DNA from: Ramazzottius varieornatus
Taxonomy: Eukaryota; Animalia; Tardigrada
Assembly (NCBI GenBank): GCA_001949185.1
Contig: BDGG01000001.1
Coordinates: 2,249,324-2,313,323, forward strand
Direction: 5' to 3'
Length of the DNA stretch: 64,000 nt
Both the position numbers and the translations under genes were made by a program. Under the pieces are notes generated by a model that searched no databases, was not told where the DNA came from, and worked only from the letters and a program-made list of their open reading frames with translations. Positions 1 through 10,875 of the stretch are shown piece by piece (the first letter of the stretch is position 1; each line of letters opens with the position of its first letter).

Positions 1-551
1 ATGGCCGACGTTGCGATCAGGTTGTGTCCTGCACACATAGAAACAAAACATTAGTAGAAACCAAAGACATTATGGATACAGTGTTACAATAGTGCATCTC
101 TTCCAATGCAAATTTTTGATTTACAGTTGTGTCTACAAGACTGCAACAGATATATTTCACTTACGAACCATTAAACTAACCAAAAATTTGCACCGAAAGG
201 TATGCACTTTCAACACTGTAGAAGATGCTTGAAATTACCGCAAGCATGGCCGATTTCCGGGAGCGCGTCATATTCGCACATGACACCAACCGTTGGATGG
301 ACACCTTTCTGGTAATTCGCGCTTTGAAATTCAGCTCGGAATGCTGTGGGATCTACCCCATATCGTTTCGCAACAGTGAAACCTTGCTTCTCTAGAAATT
401 CCGTTAGCAGCTGATGAGCGAACACTTCGTTGAACATCGTTTCCGGCTTGTTCCATATGGCTTGACTGACGTTGTTCAGATCGCTCTTGTTCGCTTCCAG
501 CGAAGAGGACACGGCCGCAATGTGGGAGGGCGATACGCTGGACGAAGTCAT
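1..551 (-). CDS. PM20D2: Peptidase M20 domain-containing protein 2 (aminoacylase-like), 5' part; runs off the window start
   Basis: Exon 551-239 reads MTSSS...IWNKPETMFNEVFAH...TAFRAEF...MCEYDALPEIGHAC. A GT-AG intron (238-29) joins exon 28-1 (G-HNLIATSA), restoring the family motif EYDALP..GHACGHNLI. Confidence 0.93.
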
Positions 552-1101
552 TGTATAGTGTGCTACTTGAGCAGCAAAAGCAAAGCAGGAGCAGGATATC
601 TGCAGAAGAAAACGAGATGCAAGTGAAGTGCGCAACTCAAAATGTTCGCACACACAGCAGATGCATCCTCCCCGCTAACGTACCTGGTGTCAAAACTGGA
701 GCATTTTTAACGATTGACTGAACTTTGGTCCCAGAAAAGATATGAAGCGCTGTCGCTGACAGTACGGCGTACTGAAGGGATGATAACAGCAACTTCCGGT
801 TTGCCGGGTCTCCGGTATAAACCTCCTCTGCAGAGCTAATCAGTGCACCGTCGGGTACGAAGATGGCTTGTCGCGGTGTGTAGTGTGGAGCTTTGTGCAG
901 TTACAGGCTAAACGAATTTCTTAGCAATTCAAAGAGTCGACGACGAAGATAAGTCAGCTGTTTCGCAGCTGTTCGTTGTCCCGTTTCCGGCGAAAACTTG
1001 CGCTTTGGGCGTTTGGCGGATTTTTGGTGCCGCCCTTGCTCACTCAAGGGCAACTGGCACATACCTAGGGGAGCCAGGGGATAGAGACCATGCTGTTAGT
1101 G

Positions 1102-1182
1102 AACTTACATCCCTTCCCAATTCCGAAATGATGACCCTACAGGCTACAGCAATGTAACAGCCATTGGGAAGGGATGTAAGTT
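1102..1182. repeat. Perfect 20-bp inverted repeat with 41-nt spacer
   Basis: aacttacatcccttcccaat (1102-1121) is the exact reverse complement of attgggaagggatgtaagtt (1163-1182). Confidence 0.85.
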
Positions 1183-1376
1183 GCTTCTTCGAACCCCACA
1201 CTCCTAAGTTCTAACTTCTTACCTGGACGAAATCTCAGTATAGATCGTCAAAGTTCTTGGCGCTTAGTCCGACGATTCCACCTGCAAAAGTTCTGATGAA
1301 GGCATCGCAGACTTCTCGAACGCTGGCGCCTTTGGAAAGTTCCAGTATCACGTTCGATCCTCTCATCCAACAAAGT

Positions 1377-2056
1377 ATGCTTCTCGCTTCCGGCCTGGCT
1401 GCAGGATTCGTTTTGGGATGGTTTGTACGAAGCGGCAAATCATCAGTATTAGCCAAGCTGTCGGCTGGACAAGTCGCTCGCATCGCGAAGGTGGGAAAAT
1501 ACGCACTGAGTCACGGAAAGGTAACGGAAAATTTTGAGGTTTGATCGATCATGAATCAACTGACGGGTAACAGTTTTTCAGGATCACGTGGCTTACGCGA
1601 GGTTCAGTAATGAATCTGGTCACGTGGTTGACGACTTTGTTGAATACAATGGACGCGCCTTTTTAGGCTCGATTAAGAACATGCGTTCTTTTTTTGCCGG
1701 TCCCTCACACCAAGCTGGCTTTGGTTGTGCGGAACGATCTGGAGATGACTAGAGGAAAAGCAGCAGCTCAATGTGGACATGCAGCTGTCGGGACGGTCCA
1801 GAACTTCACCGGAAGGAACAAGAACCTGTTGGACATCTGGTTGGCCACAGGACAAACCAAAGTTGTCCTCAAGGTCGACTCGGAGAGTGATTTGCTCAGA
1901 CTTGCCAAGCAAGCTGAAGCATCTGGAATTGGTAGCTTTCTTGTGCGCGATGCCGGAAGAACCGAAGTGGCGAACGGTACCGTCACAGTCCTTGCCGTTG
2001 GTCCAGCTGAAGTGAAGGACGTCGACGCCATCACCGGACAGCTCAAACTGCTCTGA
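1377..2056 (+). CDS. PTRH2: Peptidyl-tRNA hydrolase 2 (mitochondrial Pth2/Bit1)
   Basis: Exon 1 (ATG 1377, alternative ATG 1297, to 1490) has an N-terminal TM segment LLASGLAAGFVLGWFV. The phase-0 intron is 1491-1666. Exon 2 has KLALVVRNDLEMTRGKAAAQCGHAAV, GQTKVVLK, VRDAGRTEV, TVLAVGP, VDAITGQLKLL. Confidence 0.95.
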
Positions 2057-2175
2057 GCAAGGTGAAGTAACCTTTTTCATAACCTCAAGAACTTCATCGA
2101 GTGTTTCCAGGTTGCCTTGTGACATTTGTTAAACTTGCAGAGGTTCTGTTTTTGAGGTTTTTTTTATTCTAACAG

Positions 2176-3087
2176 ATGGACGTGATAAAGAGAAGTATTC
2201 CATACGCGCCGCGTAGAGTGAGCATCAAAGACCTAGACGGCGTTCCCAAGAAGCCCTCTAAGAAGAAGACCGGGCTCCTGCCGCACGGACAGATCCTCCA
2301 CAGAGGCAGTCGCAAACCTTCGCGGAGAGAAGCCCGGAATAAGTCGTCGGTAAAGCCACCCTTGCCGGAGAAACCACGTGAAGAGATCGTCTGGGCGGTC
2401 GCTAATGTTTCATTGCTTCGTTCTTACGACCAAGTAGGCAAAGATGATGAGGTCTACCAGCGCTTGTTGGACGAAGTAGAACAGAATATTCGCTACAAGG
2501 AATACTTTCGCGAAGAGCGATGCCTGATTCACGATGAAGGCATCGCTTTCTTGAAGAGACATTTTTACAGAAGGCTGCAAATTATCGTGTCGTTTTTACA
2601 TGCGTTGTGTACGAGGAAGGTTAAGGAGAATAAGTTGATCATCTCAGTGCCTATTTCTTTGTACATTGAAGTTAGTTTACGGAGAACGAGTGAGAAAGAT
2701 AAGAACCCGGGAGCCGTGACGGTCGTGCCTTTTTCGGTCACGTTCGAAGCGTTGGCGGATCATTTGGCGCTCATGAGGGACGATGAAGATCTACTGTACG
2801 CCCGGTTCGTCCTCAAGCTGAAGATCAACCCGTCAAGAGCGTCTAGAGTGAGCCAGACGATGACGGATGAGGAGGAGGTGGAGAAGGATAAAGATGAACC
2901 AGCTATCGTGAGAGAAATTAAGATCTACAAAGGGGATATTGAGCGGCTGTTTAGCAAAGACCGTCATGACATGGCGCATGTGGCGGTGATTCTACTAAAA
3001 TCAGTCAAAGAACGAGAAGGCTTGGGAAGACGACAAAGCATTGCTGAGACACCTGAAATTTCTAGAGAAGTACCAATAAAAAGCTGA
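2176..3087 (+). CDS. Uncharacterised 303-aa protein (basic N-terminus, beta-rich central region)
   Basis: Long uninterrupted ORF with protein-like composition. The ATG is immediately preceded by a polypyrimidine tract and CTAACAG acceptor. No family recognised. Confidence 0.65.
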   Translation: MDVIKRSIPYAPRRVSIKDLDGVPKKPSKKKTGLLPHGQILHRGSRKPSRREARNKSSVKPPLPEKPREEIVWAVANVSLLRSYDQVGKDDEVYQRLLDEVEQNIRYKEYFREERCLIHDEGIAFLKRHFYRRLQIIVSFLHALCTRKVKENKLIISVPISLYIEVSLRRTSEKDKNPGAVTVVPFSVTFEALADHLALMRDDEDLLYARFVLKLKINPSRASRVSQTMTDEEEVEKDKDEPAIVREIKIYKGDIERLFSKDRHDMAHVAVILLKSVKEREGLGRRQSIAETPEISREVPIKS

Positions 3088-3204
3088 GCCGTTCCTGTGA
3101 CGTCTTCGCTCATACAAAAAAGTATAGTCGCTTGCGTAGCTACGAGTAGAGAGAATGAAATTTTCTTTGATGGCAGTATCCCTTGCGTTACGCAGATAGA
3201 AGGC

Positions 3205-3906
3205 TTAGATTTTGGGACCATGCGCAGGCAGATCTGGGCGATCGCGTTGGAGCTGCAATGAAGTAGGTAAATGGATTTACTTTTTCTTCGGATATATTAA
3301 TCAAGTTTATTCGGTTCTAAATATTCCAGGACACGAGATGAGGAAGCTGGAACTCACAATGCCACCGAGGCGGGACAAGCAGTTAGCGACGGAAACGGGG
3401 TCCTTTTGTTCGTATAAGTCGATTGTCTGGAAGATGTCGGTTCCTTGCACACCCATGGCTTGGGCAGCTTGGGTAAAGAAACCAATGTTCTCTCGTTGCT
3501 TGGCTGGCTGGTCGCTCGGTGAGAACTTGGGCAGCAAGTCGGGTCGGATCTTGTTCATAAACCTTCAAAGGGTGTAAATTATAAAAGGTGGGGAGAGCTT
3601 ACAAAATTTGCACGTGCTCGATTTTAGTTTCAGGTTCCCCGATAAAATAACGGCATGCCCTACCTGCAAAGAACGGTGCCATCACGGAGGATATCTTCGA
3701 AGCGACCTTGCGGAACGGGTTCGCCAAGAATCGAAAAAATCCATTGGAGAGCATGCTGCTCGTCTGCTGCATTGCGGGGCTGGCCGAACTGCAACCAGAA
3801 AAGGTAAGAACCAATATATTAAAGATCGTGGAAGGTCTCTGGGTTCTCATGAAGTGATGGCAAGCAAAGGTATGCGATACGAATACGGACTTACATGTCT
3901 TCCCAT
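3205..3906 (-). CDS. Calponin-homology protein, MP20/myophilin/transgelin family, copy 1
   Basis: Four exons: MGRH | FGQPRNAADEQHALQWIFSILGEPVPQGRFEDILRDGTVLCR | FMNKIRPDLLPK...RENIGFF...IFQTIDLYEQKD...LSRLGGI | LQRDRPDLPAHGPKI*. The L.DG.VLC, ENI..F and FQT.DLYE CH motifs are present. Confidence 0.9.
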
Positions 3907-4857
3907 TTTTGCGGAGGTTACGGAGTGCGCCGGAAATTATGTGCGTAAACTGAGGAAGTCAGAGTGATACAGTTGGAAGCTCGCTACGGAAGTGTGAAAA
4001 TAGTTTTGACGTCTCTATTTATGCATAACCGAAGATCGCAATCGTTACATTTCTCACAAGCAAAAAAGGCGATGTTGTTTGGCTCGCTTTGTGAGTCATT
4101 CGTCATCTTCGACACTCATCGACGAAAGAACTGACGTGAGGCATACATGCATCAACGCGAAGCTTGTTGTCTCACAGGCTTGCTGAACCGCAGGGTGCCT
4201 GGAGGAGAGAGAACAACCAAGCTTCGGAACATTCTTCCGTTGAACCAGGCTGCGGTGAACCCAGGATGTCGATAAGAAATTGGCAGTCTCTTCATTATCA
4301 AAGTTAGATACATTCAAACCAGATCCTCTACGAAAAGGGATCTCTGCCCAACCACTCTGCTGCTGCTACTGTTAACTTTTGGCTACTTTCATGATGCATG
4401 CACAAAATACTGCAGAAAAAGGTGCAGACAACTTAAGGGTCCAGCGATTCACGAACTTTAGATTACTGATACTTATTAGAGTCACCAATTCCCCAGATCG
4501 CCGCAGTGCGCTCATCCGGAGACTATCAATCACAAAATACTGTTTTGCGTAATTTTTGGTAAAAAGACGATAGCTACTGCGCAAGTAATCAAAGTATGTT
4601 ACTTCTCATTGCAGGGAAGGAAAATTTTCGGTACCGCACACTTCATGCAGATAACGCTTCAAGAGCCATCTTGACCGCTACTCGTAATACAGTACTTATT
4701 TACTACGTAAGGTCACAAACAGGAACAAACTGAAGATCAAAGCAGTAAATCAGTTACTCAAACTGCAATTCTCAAGAGCGAAGCAGAGTCAACGTAGTTG
4801 CAGCTCATGTCAAGAGACTGACCGAAGAAAACCGGACTGACCAAAGAAGAGATGATT

Positions 4858-5578
4858 TTAGTAAAACATGCGTCCGGGAGCCAACTGCTCAGTACTGAAC
4901 TCCCTGGCCTGCCCTTCAGCCAGCTTGGGTCCGTGGGTTGGCAGGTCGGGTCGCTGCTTTTGGAGCTAAAGGTTGAAACAAAGTCCAATTAGCGTCGGGT
5001 ACTAATATAAATGGTCAGTTTTATTTCGAAGGAAACTTACGATGCTTCCAAGTCGAGATATGCAGTTAGCCACGGCCACAGGGTCCTTGCGCTCAAAGAG
5101 ATCAATGGTCTGAAATAGGTCCGTATCCCTCACGCCCATCTGCTCGCAGCATTTCGAGAACATGGCCACGTTCTCGCGCTGTTTCGCCGCCATCTCGTAC
5201 TTCTTGTACTTGGGCATCAAGTCCGGACGAATTTTTTGCATAAACCTGGAAGTGAGTAAAGTAAGATTAAGCTGTGCTAGAGGTTGAGCAACGAGCCACC
5301 CATGGCGAAACTCAAAATGGTCCCGCAAGTGAAAAGCAAACCTACCGGCACAGGACATCGCCATCTTGCAAAATATCCTCGAAGGCGCCTTGTGGCACGG
5401 GTTCGCCGAGGATCTGGAAAATCCATTGCAGTGCATGTTGCTCATCTGCCTGGTTTCTTGGCTGACCGCTCTGTAACGAAGAAGAGAAATAAGTTCAGCC
5501 AAAAGCTGCACTGTCAGATTGTAAACGATCAAGATTTTCGATGATCAAAATTACTTAAGAACTTACGTGTCGTCCCAT
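4858..5578 (-). CDS. Calponin-homology protein, MP20/myophilin/transgelin family, copy 2
   Basis: Same four-exon structure: MGRH | SGQPRNQADEQHALQWIFQILGEPVPQGAFEDILQDGDVLCR | FMQKIRPDL...FQTIDLFERKD...LGSI | LQKQRPDLPTHGPKLAEGQAREFSTEQLAPGRMFY*. Confidence 0.9.
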
Positions 5579-6154
5579 TTCGAACCTGTGCGTCGAAGAA
5601 AACTGCTGCACGCGGACAATTAATTATGAAAATGGATTACAGATATGGAAATTGGGAGTAGGAAGTAGAGTAACCGAATCTGAGGGGAGAAGATGATAAG
5701 TTCCAGTCTTAAGTAAGTTTCTGCAACGTTCTAAAAGCGTCGAAGGGAAGATACCGCTGTGTGCCTTCAAGCGTCAGCACCACCAGCGTTAATGAGCTGT
5801 CTCCGAGTCAACATTTACCGGGCTTCTAAATTCTTGACTAAGTAACACCAGCCACACTTTCTCCGACTTAGTCATACGGCGAGCTCCATTTTTAGAACCG
5901 CATCAAACAACAGTCTTCGAAGACCTCGTATGCATATGCGCAGCCTCAAATTATGTACACCAACATGAAACATCTGTCGAGAGATGACACCCTGACTCAT
6001 GTTTCGAAGTTGAATCATGATGCCAAAGAGCAGTACACACTTGGTGATCCGTATGTCTATCGAAATGAAGAAAATTCTTGCGACGACATCGAGCGATGGA
6101 ATCCCTCGCGGAGAATATTTCAGTTTGCTCTTGAAACTCGGTGAAAAAACGCTC

Positions 6155-8059
6155 TCATGTTTCGCCTTCATCCGCCACGCTTTCTCCTCCGCTTTCACCC
6201 AAGTTCGTATCTTCAGCTTCAACGACTTCCGCGTATCCTTCCGCTGCTGCGACAACCGGGTTCTCCGAATTGTCCAGAGGCGGACTAGGTGGCTTTTCTG
6301 GCTGTTCCGCATTCTCCAGCTCTTCCGGCGAGTACTGCACAAAGTCGGCATCCGCGCGCAGCTGTTCTACTATCGTGAGCTCTTCGACTGGCTGTCTTCC
6401 CTTCTGTTCCTCCTCTACTCTTTTCTCTTCCATCTTAAGCAACTCTTCGAGGTTTGGTACAATGAACGAAATCTGTTTCGCCGTCGGAAGAGATGTCATG
6501 CTGATTGGTGCAATGCCGTAATGCTGAGGAACCTTGGGTCTCGGGTACTCAACCAATGCTACCCATAGCTCCAGCTTCTGCCATGGGTCAATCTCGTCCG
6601 GAAAGACAATGTCGAACTCTATGTAGAGGTCTCCGCGTTCTATACGGTATGCGTCTTTCGACAGTCCTTCGTTGGGGATGAGCTTCGCGGTGTGCGGGTT
6701 CGCCATTTCCGTCAGGTTGATGGAGAGGATGCGTCCGTCGAGGTGCTCAAGCGTGAGGGGACCTGTACCCATTGCATCCGCCAGAGGAATCTACAAAACG
6801 AGTCGTTTTATCCCCACCTTTGTTCCCCACAATGGCACGTCGTGGCTCAGTACAATCGCAGAAAAAATTTCAAGTACATCACGATAAACGCGGTAAAGCT
6901 TTCACCGAACCATCGAACATTTCTGATGGAAAGTTATCCGGATCAAAAGACACTGAGGGTGAAATCAAAAATTTAAAACAGTACGGTACTTTTTCCGTTT
7001 CTCAGAGTGTCACGAACCGTTATGGTCGTGTACAGGTCGTAGCCTTTCGCTCGGAAACGAGGATGTGAGCCGACCACTATATCCATGATCAAGTCAGCCT
7101 TTTCCGTGCACATGTCCACCGGTCCCATCTTGGGGAACAAAACCCGCATACCGTCTGTCCAGCCGGGAAGGATGTTGATCTCGATGGGCTCTTCGGAAAC
7201 CCTGAAGCCAGAGCCAAACTGGTCCAGTACGCGACGTTTTCTGTTAACTGTCTTTACTCCTCCGTTGTAAAGCTCTTCCAAAGAAAGGTGAAGGTCAGAG
7301 ATGTCTGGCATACTGGGGATGAAATTCAGGTCCTTATCCCGCGCTCGTAATACCGACTTCAGCATGTCAGTCTTCTTGAACACCTGTACAAATTACAGCA
7401 TCTATCGATAGAAAAGGTTTCCATAGGCTTTACATTAGAAATAGTGCAACTCACTTTGGGTAATATACTTTTGCTGTACGTGAAATTACGGAAATAGCCT
7501 TCCGGGTTCTCGCTGGTTTCCGGATTGTAAGCTCCTTCCCGGTAGTCAAAGCGCTCGTGAAGCATCCCATTCCGCGTCGCTGCACCACCTGGAAATAAAT
7601 TTGCAAGATAATTATCATCTGACAGAAAGGCGTACCGACTCCAATCGGTCGTTTGAAAAATAAAAATTGGGGGCTACTTTATAGTACAAAAATACCGTAA
7701 AAATCGTACACGGCTCGTGACTTCGGATTCCCCAAAAATTCATAGGCCTCGCTGTACAACTTGATCATCCGTTTGCCTTCTTCGACATCCCTCTTCTTGC
7801 TGTTGCTGGAAGTTAATGTCACTGGATGGCATCTTTTAACGAAGTAGCGGTAAGCATTTTCGATCTCCTCCTGCTTGGCTGACCGGTCAAGCTCGAGAAG
7901 GTCGTAATAGTTTGGGATATCGGTCACGACTTCATAGCCGGTGGCAGGAGGGATGGCTCGATCAAACCGATCTTGCTTTCTCGAAGGGTCATAGCAAGAT
8001 GATGAAGGGGATGTAGTTCGCGGTGTCGCTTCCGGCGGAAGCTGTCCGCTCACAGCCAT
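6155..8059 (-). CDS. DNAJB13: DnaJ/Hsp40 class B protein, DNAJB13 (radial-spoke RSP16)-like
   Basis: J-domain NYYDLLELDRSAKQEEIENAYR...CHPV...SEAYEFLGNPKSRAVYDFYG. C-terminal DnaJ domain LSLEELYNG, INILPGWTDG, HPRFRAKGYDL, LEHLDGR, RGDLYIEFDIVFP. About four exons. A non-HPD motif is typical of DNAJB13. Confidence 0.8.
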
Positions 8060-8311
8060 TTTCGGCCGATCTTTACAAAACGACTTATATCTATCGCCGA
8101 TCCCTCTGACTATCACATATCAGAAATTAAAGTTGACGACACTACTACCGTATCGTTCTGCACCATACGAGCATTGAAGATTGTAACGTAAGGAGGTGTC
8201 TGCCCTGCCTCAAGTTGCTACGGAAGCTTTCCTTTGCTCGCGGCCTTTATGAACGATGGTCCGCGGAGAAAGGACCCACCGCCGTGTCAAATCTCGTCGT
8301 CTTCTCAACAC

Positions 8312-8901
8312 TAGTCCTCCTCACGACGAGCTGTCTATGTCGCAAACGGTTGATTTAAAATTTGAGTTTGCTTGATCAACGGAAAATAGTCGTGAGTGAG
8401 GCAAAACTGCATTTTTCGAAAGTCTCGGAAACGGGAGCGGAAATGCGCGAGTTTTGCGGGGTAGGTTTGTAGGCAAACTTTGCCTCCTGACTAGGCTGAA
8501 ATTCATGGTTTTCTCTCTGGCTAGTCTCTGTCTGTCGATATCCCCGACACTAATAGGTATCAAGAAGCCCATCCGTGAAACGGTACCTCGCAACGTGAAG
8601 CACTGTGCAGACAGAGATCAGCTGAAAGATGAAAATTTGAAATTTTGAGTCAAGTGCGTAGAGAATAATCCGTTTTCGGATTATTCTCTACGCACTTTCG
8701 CTTTCAAGATAAGCAGCCCTCGAGGGCTGCTTATCTTGAAAGTGGACTACGAAACTTATCTTGAAAGTGGACTACGAAACTTATCTTGAAAGTGGACTAC
8801 GAAGCTTATCTTGAAAGTGGACTACGAAAGCGAAACTTCGTAGTCCACTTTCAAGATTAACACGATCAACGGAGTTTTACGGCCTGTCGTGAGGACGACT
8901 A
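8312..8901. mobile_element. MITE-like non-autonomous DNA element (~590 bp) with TA-flanked terminal inverted repeats
   Basis: TAgtcctcctcacgac (8312-8327) and gtcgtgaggacgacTA (8886-8901) match 15/16 as an inverted pair including the TA. There is no coding capacity, and the element has internal palindromes and tandem repeats. Confidence 0.65.
8652..8857. repeat. Hairpin/palindrome plus 25-bp tandem array
   Basis: A 21-bp stem with TTTT loop (8652-8697), a perfect 42-bp palindrome (8701-8742), four copies of cttatcttgaaagtggactacgaa(a/g) (8730-8829) and an inverted partial copy (8836-8857). Confidence 0.95.
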
Positions 8902-10875
8902 CTTTGCCTCTGCAGGTTGGCGCTGTGGAAGAGACGCTCGAGCGAAGGAAAGAGTGGTATCCGTTCATTTCCGATGGCTCGCGTACTGTAATGCTTCATG
9001 AATCATGAACTTCGCGAAAGTACGTCATCGCACGCGTACGGTTGAACGCCGGTCCGAAAAGTTTGCCCTACCAACCCCCCTAACCAACCCCTACCGTTTT
9101 TTTCCGAAGGTCGTATGGAATTTTCTAAAGAAAAATCCTGCATCAAACTCCATCCCACCCATCCCTATACCTGGAAGCGCCGACAAGTACCTCGTTCACC
9201 CGCAGGACAAAGCTGAATTCATCAGCCAGACCTTCGCCAAAGATTACATGGACTGCCCGAGCCACTGCCTGAACCAAAATTTGCCTCCGCAAGTCTGCCG
9301 TATCGACCCTCCATGCAAGCCACACTGTCCAGAACTTGTAGTCACCACTTCCGCTGTGCTTCTCAGTATCCGAAAGCTCGATGTCAACAAAGCTGGCGGT
9401 TCATTGCTCATTACAAACCGACTGCTGAAAATAACTGGCACAACAGTCATCTACCCTCTCATGAGACTGTTCAATCTCTCTCTGTCTACGGGTAAGTTCC
9501 CCACTGCCTGGAAGAAAGCTGATGTCCTCCCTATGCCAAAGAAAGGAGGCTCCGTCTTCCGACCGATCTCGCTCCTTCCTCCTCTTTCTAAACTTTTTGA
9601 AAAACTTTTAGCAGACCACATCAGCCACTTTATGAACTGACAGGTTGTTCTCTGATACCCAGTTTGGTTTTAGGAAACAACGATCAACGGAGATGCAGTT
9701 ACTGCAAATGAGCCACAAGTGGATGCAGGTCCTACTCGAACGGAAGGAAGCTGATATAGTCTTCCTCGACTGCAAGAAAGCCTTCGACAGACTGCCGCAT
9801 GATGTAACCATAACCGGTCTGTCAAAGGCGGGAATCAAGGGCCAGCTGCAAGTTCTCATCGCTGATTACCTCCGGGGTGGAAGTCAGAGTGGTGGTGTAC
9901 GGACACTTTTCGGAAGAAAGTCAAGTAAAGTCAGGAATTCCTCAAGGTTCCATCCTCGGCCCGCTGTTGTTTAACATCGCTGTCAATAGCCTATCAAGCA
10001 GTCTGCTGTGCGAAGTTCTCCAGTATGCTGACGACATAGTCATCTGGCGAGTTGTCAGCCGCGTGTAGAGCATTATAATGCTCTACAGAGTGATCTGGAT
10101 AGTCTGTCTGAATGATGTGAAGATACAGGCCTCGAAATCAATCCTATTAAGTCGCAACATCTTCGACCATCCAACAAGACTACGAAAACGACGGAAATCA
10201 GCGGCGGAAGTTACAAGTTCGCTTCGGAAGATATCCCGACAGTTGCTGACGCGGAACGCCTTGCAGTAACGTTTTCAAGCAAGATGAAATGGACAGCGCA
10301 AACAGACAACGTGACAAGTAAGAGCAGAAGACGGTTGTACGCGATCAATGCCTTCTTTCCTCGGCATTTTGGGTTAGTCGAGCAGTTGCTTTTCAAGAGT
10401 ATCGTCCGATAAGTGGCGTAGTATGCATCTTCATCATGGCATTCGACAGGAAAAGGTCTTCAGAAGCAGCTTGAAGGAATTCAGAAAAATTTCTTGAAGA
10501 GCATCCGACTTGGAAAGATGGATGGAAAAGACCAACATGACAAGGACTTTGTCCAATATCGGCAGCACTTGGCAGGAATCAGCTGGCATCCCCTTTGGAG
10601 AAGACGGCTAGAAGGTATTATGATAAATGTATTCAAGATCTGGAATGGTACATTTGCAGGAGGAGGCTTCATTATGAAAAGAGAAATGCCAGCCAGAACC
10701 ACGAGAAGCCAGGCGAAAGAAAGTCTACTCGAACCTGTCAGCCAAGCTTCCCGGTCATGCAAGATACTGGAATCAACAGCTTTCTCCTTTGCATACGTTG
10801 AATCTTCTATCCTGAAATATCCTTTGGTCATTCCCAGTCCATGAGATCTTTTGACTCTGGCGGCTTTAAAGCGTA

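Noticed and set aside
1127-1135. ATGATGA as a snoRNA C box or SECIS core
   Set aside because: There is no D box or SECIS GA quartet geometry, and it is not in an intron or 3' UTR.
8730-8829. 25-bp repeats as a CRISPR array
   Set aside because: The units are head-to-tail with no spacers, the context is eukaryotic and there are no cas genes.
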